A stretch of 64,000 bases of DNA, from contig JBJFDL010000002.1 in assembly GCA_051889995.1 (NCBI GenBank), positions 239,927 through 303,926 on the forward strand. The letters are read 5' to 3'. Numbering within the stretch: the stretch's first letter is position 1; the number at the start of each line of letters is the position of its first letter. Under the pieces are notes generated by a model, which was not told the origin of the DNA, did not search any database, and saw nothing but the letters and a program-made list of their open reading frames with translations. Origin of the DNA: Christensenellales bacterium (GTDB lineage Bacteria > Bacillota > Clostridia > Christensenellales > UBA1242). Positions 51,963-60,281 of the stretch are shown here, one piece after another. The position numbers and the translations under genes are program-made.

Positions 51963-54530
51963 TTATAACTCTACAATATTATTGCCGTCATAACAATATA
52001 ATTTTCCATTTCCTTTTGATTGGCTAGGATAATCATTTGTATATGAAATTGCTGTTTGAATAAAGTATATTTTATTATTCACTGCAATCAATCCATCTGC
52101 ACAGTTTTCACTTAACTTTGTTGAAGTGCCTGTTGATATGTTTAACTTATAAAAACCTTTTGTTGATGATTTTGTTGAAGAATAATATAAATAGCCATTA
52201 CAGTAAACCATATTGTTTATATCGACATTTTGAGCAAGCACTTGAGAATCGCTTGTTGATAAATTATAAGCATAAAGTTTGTTATCATCAATATTTCCAT
52301 AATACAAAATACTATTATTTTGTGTTATAACTTTTGCTCTCAAATTTAAGTTTTCAACTTGACTTGTTGATAAATCATATCTATAAGCATATTTGTTGCC
52401 CAATGAAGGATTTATAGTAAAGTATAGGAAATTATCAGCTTTTTCAAAGCTTGCTACCCATAGGTTTTTGTCATTGTAAATTGTTTCAACATTACTGCCA
52501 TCTAAATCCATTCTCACAATATCATTGTTATATGCTGAACCAACTTTAATGTAATATATTTTATCATTATCAAATATCAAATTATCACAACGAGATTTTG
52601 AAATCTTTGTTGTTTCATTTGTTTGTAAGTCCATTCTCCATAAAGCATAATTTACTGAAATATATGTGCTGTAATACATATAACCATTATAAAAATAAAC
52701 ATTTGATACACTATCAGCCAAAACTTTATATCTTGCTTTTGTTGTCAAATTATATTTATACAAACATCCATTATCAAGTGGATTTGTATAGTAAATTTCA
52801 CCATTATATTCAGCAAGTTTTGCATAACCTGTTGGAGTAATTGTTTCTTCTGGTAATTCAAAATTAGCCATAATATCAGTTTCAGTGTTGGTATTTAAGT
52901 TATAAGAATAAATGTGTTTATCATTTAACTTATAATAATATAAGTAGTTGCCACTTGATGCCAATGATGAGAAACCATTATCTTCTGCTGAAATAATTTT
53001 GTATCCCGGCAAACTGTTATCACTATCTCTTAATACACTAATTCTATATATTCCATCACCAAATAATTCACTTGTTATTTTGTCTTTGTTGATATAGTAA
53101 ATATAACTTCCAATTTTAGTTAAATATTTTCCATTATCAGTTGTAAGTTTTATGCAATCGCCACTCGAAATAACATATTTTCTAATTGCACTTGCAACAG
53201 GTAATCCCAATTCAGTTTTTGTTGAGTTAAAATAAATAATTCCGTTATCAATTAAAATATCACTTACTTTTTCATCATATAACAAAGTGCCTGTTTCTTG
53301 ATTGTTTGAGTTTACTGATATAGAGTAAAGTTTTCTGCCATCACTAACGTTTGAATAATAAATATTGTTATCGTAATATGTCAAATATTCAGCTTTATCT
53401 TGAACTAAACGAATTGCATCTTCACTGCCATCAAGTTTAATTTTATAAATACCATTTTGGTCTGTATTTAAAACTAAATTATTTATAGCATAGTAAAGAT
53501 ATGTTCCATCACAAGCCAAGTATTCACCATTAACATCTAACAATACACTTGCTGTAGTTCCATTAAAACTCTTGATAACTTTTGAGAATAAACTTGAACT
53601 ATAGTAATAAACTTGATTTCCATTTATAGTAAAATATTCAGCTTTATCGTTATTAACTTTTTTGACATTTGTTCCATCATAAACATAAAGTTTGTTATTG
53701 TCCAAATTGTTTTGGAAATATAGTTTGTTATTAAACACAACAGAATATAACAATTCTTCTGTAGAAGTTATTTTTAATGTGGCTGTATCTTCATAAGTGT
53801 TGTAATTTGCATTTGTAATAACTAACTTGACAGTATATGTTCCAACTTCTGATACTCCATCAACTTCAACATCATTGTATGTAACTTTAACAGTTGAATT
53901 TGCTGGTATATTTCCTACACATTCTAATGAATGTTTTTGAGTATCATATTCATAATTTCTACTTTCAAAAGTTATTCCAGCCATATCTGCTTTGTTAATT
54001 GTCCAATTAAGATTTGCAAGAGTTGGCTCGTTGTGATTTATCGTATCATAATTAAACTTAACACTGGCAGTATAATTTCCTGCATTTGTCTTTGCATTAT
54101 TTTGATATTGTTTTACTGTTACACCTTGTGGAAGTCCTAAAACTTCAACAGATTGTTCACTTCCATTATAAACGAACTCACTTTCGTAATTCCAATGAAC
54201 AGTTGACATATCATAGTTTAACTTATTGATAGTTAGTTTTGCAGTTAATTCAAGTGTTTTATATCCTTCAAGTGTTAAAGTTGCTTTTGCATTATAAACT
54301 CCAGCATTTGTTCCTTTATTGTTTTCATAAACAACATTTACACCTTGTGGCAATTCGCCATCCAAAACAATTTCGTGTTCCTGTCCATCATAATCAATTG
54401 TTTGATTTGCAAAAGTTATGTTCTCAAATGTTTTTAGGTTATCATTGTCACCACAGGCCGATAATATAAAAGCAAATGGCAAAACAAATACAATCAATGC
54501 TAAAACTTTTAATATTTTCATTCTTTTCAT
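51963..54530 (-). CDS. DUF5050 beta-propeller lipoprotein with MBG-like repeats
   Basis: Lipobox LSAC; YDGQEH...TNAGVY..LTINK repeats; many IYYxN...LY..L.DG blades. Confidence 0.85.
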   Translation of the reverse strand: MKRMKILKVLALIVFVLPFAFILSACGDNDNLKTFENITFANQTIDYDGQEHEIVLDGELPQGVNVVYENNKGTNAGVYNAKATLTLEGYKTLELTAKLTINKLNYDMSTVHWNYESEFVYNGSEQSVEVLGLPQGVTVKQYQNNAKTNAGNYTASVKFNYDTINHNEPTLANLNWTINKADMAGITFESRNYEYDTQKHSLECVGNIPANSTVKVTYNDVEVDGVSEVGTYTVKLVITNANYNTYEDTATLKITSTEELLYSVVFNNKLYFQNNLDNNKLYVYDGTNVKKVNNDKAEYFTINGNQVYYYSSSLFSKVIKSFNGTTASVLLDVNGEYLACDGTYLYYAINNLVLNTDQNGIYKIKLDGSEDAIRLVQDKAEYLTYYDNNIYYSNVSDGRKLYSISVNSNNQETGTLLYDEKVSDILIDNGIIYFNSTKTELGLPVASAIRKYVISSGDCIKLTTDNGKYLTKIGSYIYYINKDKITSELFGDGIYRISVLRDSDNSLPGYKIISAEDNGFSSLASSGNYLYYYKLNDKHIYSYNLNTNTETDIMANFELPEETITPTGYAKLAEYNGEIYYTNPLDNGCLYKYNLTTKARYKVLADSVSNVYFYNGYMYYSTYISVNYALWRMDLQTNETTKISKSRCDNLIFDNDKIYYIKVGSAYNNDIVRMDLDGSNVETIYNDKNLWVASFEKADNFLYFTINPSLGNKYAYRYDLSTSQVENLNLRAKVITQNNSILYYGNIDDNKLYAYNLSTSDSQVLAQNVDINNMVYCNGYLYYSSTKSSTKGFYKLNISTGTSTKLSENCADGLIAVNNKIYFIQTAISYTNDYPSQSKGNGKLYCYDGNNIVEL

Positions 54531-54546
54531 ATAAATCTCCTAATTA

Positions 54547-55398
54547 TTAAATATCTTCTGTTAGTTCTGGATTGCTATAACTTTTCATTAAAGCAAAAGG
54601 ATATGCAATTGCACTTAATGGCATACAAATCACTAATGCAAGCAAGACAGCTGCAAGTCCTAATGCGAAACCAAGAATCCAAAACAAGATTTTCATTCCA
54701 ATAAGCCAAGCAAAACCACCTAAGTCAAATGAGAATATAAGTCCCGGAAATTTTACAAATCCCCACGAAGCTATTGATATAAATGTATCTCCGATAAAGT
54801 TATTCTTTAAGAACATACAAGAAGCAAATGTATATGTAAGTATTGGCAAAATTATAACAAGTGCTATCATTCCGCCATCAACTTTTTGTGTGGCTGCATA
54901 TATTATGCCGGATATCAAAATAATAGCCGCAATAATTGAAGAGTATATGTAAGATTTCTTTCTTTGAGATATACCATAATCAATCGCATCTTTCTTTTGC
55001 TTTGCTTTAATCTTTTTGTCACAATCAGTGCAAATATAATGCGTTGTTGACGGACTTCTTCCATGATGTCGTGTTTGTGTGACAATTTCTTCACTTTCGT
55101 AAATTGGTCGTTTACAATTTTCACAAATAGTTAAAACAGGTTTGCCTTGTTCAACAACAATTTTTTCTTGCACTTCAGTTATAACTTCTGGCTTTGGTTT
55201 TTTATCTGGTCCACAAATTATTTCATCGGTTGTCACTTCAAATATACTTGCCATTTCACTTATTGTATCAATTGACGGTTCAACATCACCTTTTTCCCAT
55301 CTTGATACTGCTTGAGATGTTACGTGCAACAAATCAGCAAGTTCTTTTTGTGTTAGCCCTTTTTGCATTCTTAATGCTTTTATGTTTTTAGATATCAT
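54547..55398 (-). CDS. XRE-family HTH protein with a zinc-finger-like segment and C-terminal TMs
   Basis: LTQKELADLLHVTSQAVSRWEKG; CENC...CTDC; hydrophobic C-terminus. Confidence 0.85.
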   Translation of the reverse strand: MISKNIKALRMQKGLTQKELADLLHVTSQAVSRWEKGDVEPSIDTISEMASIFEVTTDEIICGPDKKPKPEVITEVQEKIVVEQGKPVLTICENCKRPIYESEEIVTQTRHHGRSPSTTHYICTDCDKKIKAKQKKDAIDYGISQRKKSYIYSSIIAAIILISGIIYAATQKVDGGMIALVIILPILTYTFASCMFLKNNFIGDTFISIASWGFVKFPGLIFSFDLGGFAWLIGMKILFWILGFALGLAAVLLALVICMPLSAIAYPFALMKSYSNPELTEDI

Positions 55399-55541
55399 TT
55401 TACCCCTCCTTTCAACAATTCAATTCTATCACAAAATCAACAGTTTGTTTCAAAAATCGGCTCAACAGTTTGTTGTATTCTTATAAATTTTGTTTCATTT
55501 TACTATATATATTTCTTAGTATAGCATAAATATCAAATATC

Positions 55542-56011
55542 TCATACTGTTTGTAAAACATTTATTATTTCTTTCTTTTTCCTTTTTGCATATTCAAGTG
55601 CTTTTTTTGCACCGGAATATTCGACAGTTTCGTCAACACAAAAAACACAATAATCACTATGGTCAATAATTTCACAATTTCGGTAATAAATTCTTGAATA
55701 CCAATAGTCAAAATTTAAGTCTAAATATGTAATTTCTTCATAATCTTCATCTTTTAACCATTTTGGTCTTTTAGATAATCTTTGATGTCGTGGGTCTGAC
55801 AAACAAAATATCCTATAAATTTCAAGGTGTTTGGTTTTTAACTCAGTTATTATTGAGTGGCATAAATCATCAAATTCGCCAAATCCACCAAAATAAAAAT
55901 ACTTAACATTTTCTTGTGTTATAAGCATTTCAAAAGTAGATTTTAAATAGTTTTCAAGTTCTTTTGTAATTTTAATTTTGCTATGTCCAAAAACAGAACA
56001 TGATTTTTCAT
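55542..56011 (-). CDS. DUF1273/SLOG-like protein (start ambiguous; ATG 56011 is out of frame in an A5 run)
   Basis: CSVFGH, FYFGGFGEFD, IYYRNCEIIDHSD, SGAKKALEYA. Confidence 0.65.
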
Positions 56012-56025
56012 AAATTGACGATGTA

Positions 56026-56134
56026 TTCACAACTCTAATTATAGATAGAATTTTAATAATTGTCAACACATTCACAACTTGTGTATACATTCACAACATT
56101 ATTTTTGACTAATTGCTAAAATTATCGTGAATAC
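56026..56134. promoter_or_regulatory. consensus promoter with repeated TTCACAAC operators
   Basis: Minus strand TTGACA-17-TATAAT (56066-56038); three ATTCACAAC copies and an inverted TCGTGAAT. Confidence 0.65.
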
Positions 56135-56163
56135 ATTAACAAGATTTAGGAGAAAATTAAGTT

Positions 56164-56397
56164 ATGAAATTACACGAAGCAGTTGGTAAAAGAATTTTAG
56201 AATATTGCAATGAAAGAGATATAACACCAAACAAACTTTGCACAATGTCAGGCATTATTCAATCGACAGTAAATAGTATATTTTCTGGAAGAAGTCAAAA
56301 TCCAAAACTCGCAACAATCCAATATTTATGTGATGGGTTAGGCATAACTTTAAAAGACTTCTTTGATAGTCCATTATTTGAAAATTTAGATGATTAA
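56164..56397 (+). CDS. XRE/Cro-like repressor
   Basis: ITPNKLCTMSGIIQSTVNSI...NPKLATIQYLCDGLGITLKDFF. Confidence 0.88.
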   Translation: MKLHEAVGKRILEYCNERDITPNKLCTMSGIIQSTVNSIFSGRSQNPKLATIQYLCDGLGITLKDFFDSPLFENLDD

Positions 56398-56450
56398 CCA
56401 CAAAAAAATAGCATTAGACTTAGTTCCTAGTGCTATTTTTGTTTTATTCT

Positions 56451-57071
56451 TTAATTTTCCAGCAAATCTTCGATATTACAACCCAAAACTCTTGCTAGTT
56501 TGTAAAGGGTTTCAACTTGTGCTTTGTTTATATCGTTTCTTCGTTGTTCATACATTTGAATAGAGCGAAGTTCAACTTCTGCAAGGCTTGCAAGTTTGCT
56601 TTGAGATAAGCCTCGTGCTTGTCTTATTTTTTTTAGGTTGGTGATTTCAGACTTTTTGAAATATGTGTTTGCCACATCAAAAAACTTTGTTACATCTGCT
56701 TCGTGCAAGGTTGGATATAGTCTTAAAACTTCTTCAATAGGCAATGAATTATTTATCTTATAGAAAGAATATCCTTTTTTATGTTGAAATTGAGCCAAAA
56801 CCCAGCCAGCCCAATAGTATTTATCTTTGTTTATATCTTCTTTGTTTGGAATGGATTTTTTGCCATTATAAATCTCATTCAAATAATCTAATGCAGAGCA
56901 GGTCAGATATTTTGGATTTCCTTTTTCAATTTGTTTTGCAACATTGGAATTGACAAATGTATTCCAAAAAATTGTAGGATTTATTCCAATATCTACAGCA
57001 TGCTCAAACATTACACCCAAATTTTCGGATAAATTTGGTAAATATAAATTGTTATATGATTGAATCGCCAT
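56451..57071 (-). CDS. DUF3791-like + XRE HTH protein, putative antitoxin/regulator
   Basis: YWAGW, LYPTLHEAD, LSQSKLA...IQMYEQRRNDINKA. Confidence 0.8.
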   Translation of the reverse strand: MAIQSYNNLYLPNLSENLGVMFEHAVDIGINPTIFWNTFVNSNVAKQIEKGNPKYLTCSALDYLNEIYNGKKSIPNKEDINKDKYYWAGWVLAQFQHKKGYSFYKINNSLPIEEVLRLYPTLHEADVTKFFDVANTYFKKSEITNLKKIRQARGLSQSKLASLAEVELRSIQMYEQRRNDINKAQVETLYKLARVLGCNIEDLLEN

Positions 57072-57735
57072 CTTTTAACCCCTTTCTCATAATATCCACT
57101 ACAAATATATCATTGGTTAGTGTCGCAGATTTTCTAGTGCCTTTCAAATAATCTTCTCGTGCCTTTTCATCTCTCGCTTTTCTTTTTGTAAAGTATTCCA
57201 ATCTGTCTGCAGTTTCAAAACCTTCAAAATGAAGTTTACTAAATGCAAGTTCGCTAACTATTACAACTTGCTTTCCAAGTTGACCTAATTCCATAGCTTG
57301 ACTTAATTTTCTAACTGGAATTGTGTTGTTTACAAAATCTCTTGCAAAACTAAAATATGAGTCGTCTGCTCTATAACCTATAACTATATCGTAATTATTT
57401 ACATCAATGTAAAAGTTTTTGAGCAAATACTCTTTCGCTTGAATAGATATATCATTACTCAAATCAAAAGTTCTAAATTTTAAAAGTATTGCAATCCAGT
57501 TCAGTATTGAATATCTTTTATCTGTTAAATCTAGAATTTTAAGCCCAGACAAATCAATAGAATACTTATTTGCAAATCCATTATTTTCGTTATTACTGCA
57601 AGACCACTCTTTTGCCAGTTCCAAACTTTCTGTGCAATAAAATCCAAAACCATAATCGTTTTCAGCCTTTCCACCGTGGTAATATGGCTTTTCAATAATA
57701 TCTTTTGAACCATGATAAATAACTAACTTTGACAT
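57052..57735 (-). CDS. DUF3990 family protein (ART-like, putative toxin)
   Basis: IYHGS, NDYGFGFYCT, AKEW, YDIVIGYRADD. Confidence 0.88.
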   Translation of the reverse strand: MSKLVIYHGSKDIIEKPYYHGGKAENDYGFGFYCTESLELAKEWSCSNNENNGFANKYSIDLSGLKILDLTDKRYSILNWIAILLKFRTFDLSNDISIQAKEYLLKNFYIDVNNYDIVIGYRADDSYFSFARDFVNNTIPVRKLSQAMELGQLGKQVVIVSELAFSKLHFEGFETADRLEYFTKRKARDEKAREDYLKGTRKSATLTNDIFVVDIMRKGLKDGDSII

Positions 57736-57759
57736 ACACTTCTCCTTTTAATCTATGCT

Positions 57760-57874
57760 ATTATATCATTATAATGATACATTGTCAACCAATTATGACA
57801 TTTTTATATCATTACAATGATATATCTATATTTCAACTAATTACGATTATTAAATTTATATCATTACAATGATA
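57760..57874 (-). promoter_or_regulatory. promoter with three TATCATTAYAATGATA palindromic operators
   Basis: Copies at 57764, 57807, 57859. The first sits in the spacer of the minus-strand TTGACA-17-TATAAT promoter, overlapping the -10. Confidence 0.75.
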
Positions 57875-57976
57875 CATTATGAATTATTGTCTTTAATAAT
57901 CATATTAAAACCACTTTATCAAACTTACAAAGTTTTAGGCAGTTCAAGAGCAACCAGGTCTAGTAAAAACATCACA

Positions 57977-58112
57977 TTTGCTGTCAATTGCTGTCATTTT
58001 TATCAATCAAAAGACAGCAAATATTTTTTTATATCGCTAAAAGCCTTTATTTACCTAATGTTTTTACTCATAGAGCACACACTCTATTTTACTAGAACCC
58101 GACCTTGGTAAG
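57977..58112 (+). repeat. element right end (attR) with arm-like repeats
   Basis: TTTGCTGTCAATTGCTGTCA...AAAAGACAGCAAATATTTTTTTAT...TAGAGC.CACACTCT...CTTGGTAAG; homologous to 45167-45301. Confidence 0.8.
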
Positions 58113-58153
58113 ATAAAACCAACACTAAAATTTATCAATAAAAAACTTAATAT

Positions 58154-58228
58154 GCTACTGTGGCTCAGCGGTAGAGCACTGCCTTGGTAAGGCAGGGGTC
58201 ACGGGTCCGATTCCCGTCACCAGCTCCA
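58154..58228 (+). tRNA. hybrid / likely defective tRNA-Thr(GGT)
   Basis: Acceptor stem GCTACTG/CACCAGC has two mismatches; T-loop reads TCCGATT; anticodon arm is intact. Confidence 0.7.
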
Positions 58229-58458
58229 TTCAAGAAATCCTTGAAAACCCTAGTAAATTGGGCACTTTCAAGGATTTTTCTTTTGCAAAAAATTTTGCTT
58301 AATTTTAGACTAAAAATACAATAGGTGTAGTAAAATGCTCCAAAAAGTGTAGTAAATTTGCATAAAAAAAGACCAAGAGTTCAATTTTTAAACTCTCGGT
58401 CTAATTCGCTCTAAATCTCCCTAAAACTAGTGTAATAGGTGTAAACTAGTGTAGTAAA

Positions 58459-58944
58459 TTATTTAATAACTTTCAAATCATCAATTTTAACAGAAATGCA
58501 ATCTCCATAAAACTCGCCATTTTTATCTATACCAGAAAAATCCACTTCAATATAATTTTGGACTGCATTATTATCCATGACACATCCTCTGTCACCTTTG
58601 TGAATGCCAAATTTAGTATATCTTTCTTCTTCAACCAACAATTCAACCATATCGTATTCGTTTATTGCTATTGGCTCTATGACATTTTTTGCCTTTAATT
58701 TTAAGGTCTCTAATTTAGACAACAATTCTTTTTCAAACTCTGTTGGAACTTTTTCTTTGTCCAAATCTAAATCAATAGTTTTTATATTAACAATTGCATA
58801 ATCTCCGACATTGTGTGGATTAAAAAATAGGACATCTGCATTATCGAAATTTACATCAACTACAATCCCATGCATATCTTTATTTAAATTGTGCGATTTA
58901 TATGGCCTATCGTTTTTAAGTCTTACTAAATCTAATTTTTTCAT
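58459..58944 (-). CDS. tandem DUF4926-like protein, putative immunity
   Basis: MKKLDLVRL...G.VVD and INEYDMVELL...GIHKGDRGCVMD...EVDFS; GGAGG RBS. Confidence 0.7.
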   Translation of the reverse strand: MKKLDLVRLKNDRPYKSHNLNKDMHGIVVDVNFDNADVLFFNPHNVGDYAIVNIKTIDLDLDKEKVPTEFEKELLSKLETLKLKAKNVIEPIAINEYDMVELLVEEERYTKFGIHKGDRGCVMDNNAVQNYIEVDFSGIDKNGEFYGDCISVKIDDLKVIK

Positions 58945-59525
58945 TTTATCCACCCTCCAAATGGTGTAGTATTTTTTATTTTTCCTTCGGGATATAGCAT
59001 CCAACCGCTATAAAAGGTTATTCCGCTTAAAGTGGTTGGAATTGCCAACCTTAAGCCTCTTCTATCCAAATTTTTACGGATATAATTTCCTAAAAGATAT
59101 TGTTTTAATGCTTGTTTACAATATTCATTTTGTAGATACTCAGAATCGTTGATATCAAAACCCAAATCATAAAATATTTTATTTTTGCCTTTAGAATCTT
59201 TTACATTTTTAAAAACATACTCCGTAAATTTCTTTATATCACATTCGGCTATTGCACTATATATAACATTTGAATATGTAATATCTTTTTTGCGACAATC
59301 ACAGTTATCATGCAATGGCTGCTCTGGCATATTTCTTGTAACAAGATAGCAACCATCTAATGAAGTGCAATTCATACAATGTCCAAATAGTGCCATTATA
59401 TTTCTTAATAATTCTCTAAACCATTCTGGTTTATTTGGAATTAGGAAATGGTCCCATTCAATCCACTGGTTAAAAAGAAATTCTCCATTTTCTCCTATGT
59501 GAATTAAATCATCAAAAACACCCAT
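58941..59525 (-). CDS. MuF-motif + DUF6883-like putative toxin
   Basis: HCMNCTSLDG...PEQPLHDNCDC (Phage_Mu_F-like); KFTEYVF...KGKNKIF.DLGF...SGW...TTPF. Confidence 0.65.
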   Translation of the reverse strand: MGVFDDLIHIGENGEFLFNQWIEWDHFLIPNKPEWFRELLRNIMALFGHCMNCTSLDGCYLVTRNMPEQPLHDNCDCRKKDITYSNVIYSAIAECDIKKFTEYVFKNVKDSKGKNKIFYDLGFDINDSEYLQNEYCKQALKQYLLGNYIRKNLDRRGLRLAIPTTLSGITFYSGWMLYPEGKIKNTTPFGGWIK

Positions 59526-59643
59526 ATTATATCATACCTCCTTATAGAATGCAAAAGGTTGAAGAACATTTGCATTCCTTCAACCTTCTACTTGAATTAT
59601 ATCATACGCTTTTCATCAAATTCAACATTCACTGCCATTTTTA
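59526..59643 (-). promoter_or_regulatory. conserved leader (two promoters, hairpin, RBS), copy 2
   Basis: TTGAAT-18-TATAAT, hairpin AAGGTTGAAG...CTTCAACCTTTT, TTGCAT-17-TATAAT spanning AAGGAGGT. Confidence 0.75.
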
Positions 59644-59885
59644 TTACATCTCAAAATCTCTTTCTCTTCGTCTCCTTTTTCGTTCTTCTTGTTCTCGGAG
59701 CATTTCAGCAACTTTTCGGTCAAATTCTTCATCAGAAAGTTGTTTTTGTTCTTCTTGCTCTTCTTTTTTCTCTTTTTCTTCTATTTCTCGCTTCATCTCA
59801 TCTTCAACAATCTTTTCGTTAAGTTTATCTGTTGCTTGTTGAACATAATCACTATTAACACTATTGTAAATACCTATTGTAGTAA
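59644..59885 (-). pseudogene. 3' remnant of a tyrosine integrase
   Basis: IYNSVNSDYVQQATDKLN...LSDEEFDR...RDFEM* aligns with the int C-terminus VYNSVNNDYVREATDRLN...LTDEEIDR...KDFEM*. Confidence 0.85.
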
Positions 59886-60208
59886 ATACGAATTATAGAC
59901 AGTCTTGCTTTTGGCAATATTTTTTAAAATCTATTCCTTTCACATCATCTATGAGCTTTCCAAAAGAATATATAAAAAAAATTAATACAACTTGACAATG
60001 AAAAAAGTATTTGTGAAAAATAATCTTTAATTACTATAAAAGACTATTTTTTATTACTAGTTCCATATTTAAAATTTATCAAATATTTTGCATTGCTCTT
60101 CTTTAGTATAAGATAACTTCGTGTTTATGATTTCAGTTTTTTCATTAGTAGGATTATCAATTTTACAAAAACATATTTAAGTTTTATCTTCTGTTTTAAG
60201 TTTAAAAA

Positions 60209-60275
60209 AATACAAACTCGCTAATTTTGAGTTTGTATAATTCGTTGGCGGAGTGCTTGGTTTTCGAATACGTAC
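60209..60275 (-). other. tRNA-3'-like att sequence and terminator after the serine recombinase
   Basis: Minus strand TATTCGAA...CTCCGCCA then ATACAAACTC...GAGTTTGTAT + T run. Confidence 0.45.
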
Positions 60276-60281
60276 TCTAAT

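Larger units (their letters stand above)
45584..58112. mobile_element. integrative mobilizable element (IME) at the tRNA-Thr(GGT) anticodon loop
   Basis: CCTTGGTAAG at both ends; TTGCTGTCA arm-like repeats at both ends; integrase, Xis-like HTH, MobL-type relaxase; no T4SS genes. Confidence 0.85.
58183..59885. mobile_element. truncated sister element (left end, cargo, integrase 3' remnant)
   Basis: Same left-end layout as 45630-45854 but with GTGTAGTAAA repeats. Confidence 0.75.

Noticed and set aside
45584-58112. Prophage or full ICE
   Set aside because: No capsid, terminase, tail, VirB4 or intact VirD4 genes; a relaxase alone indicates an IME.
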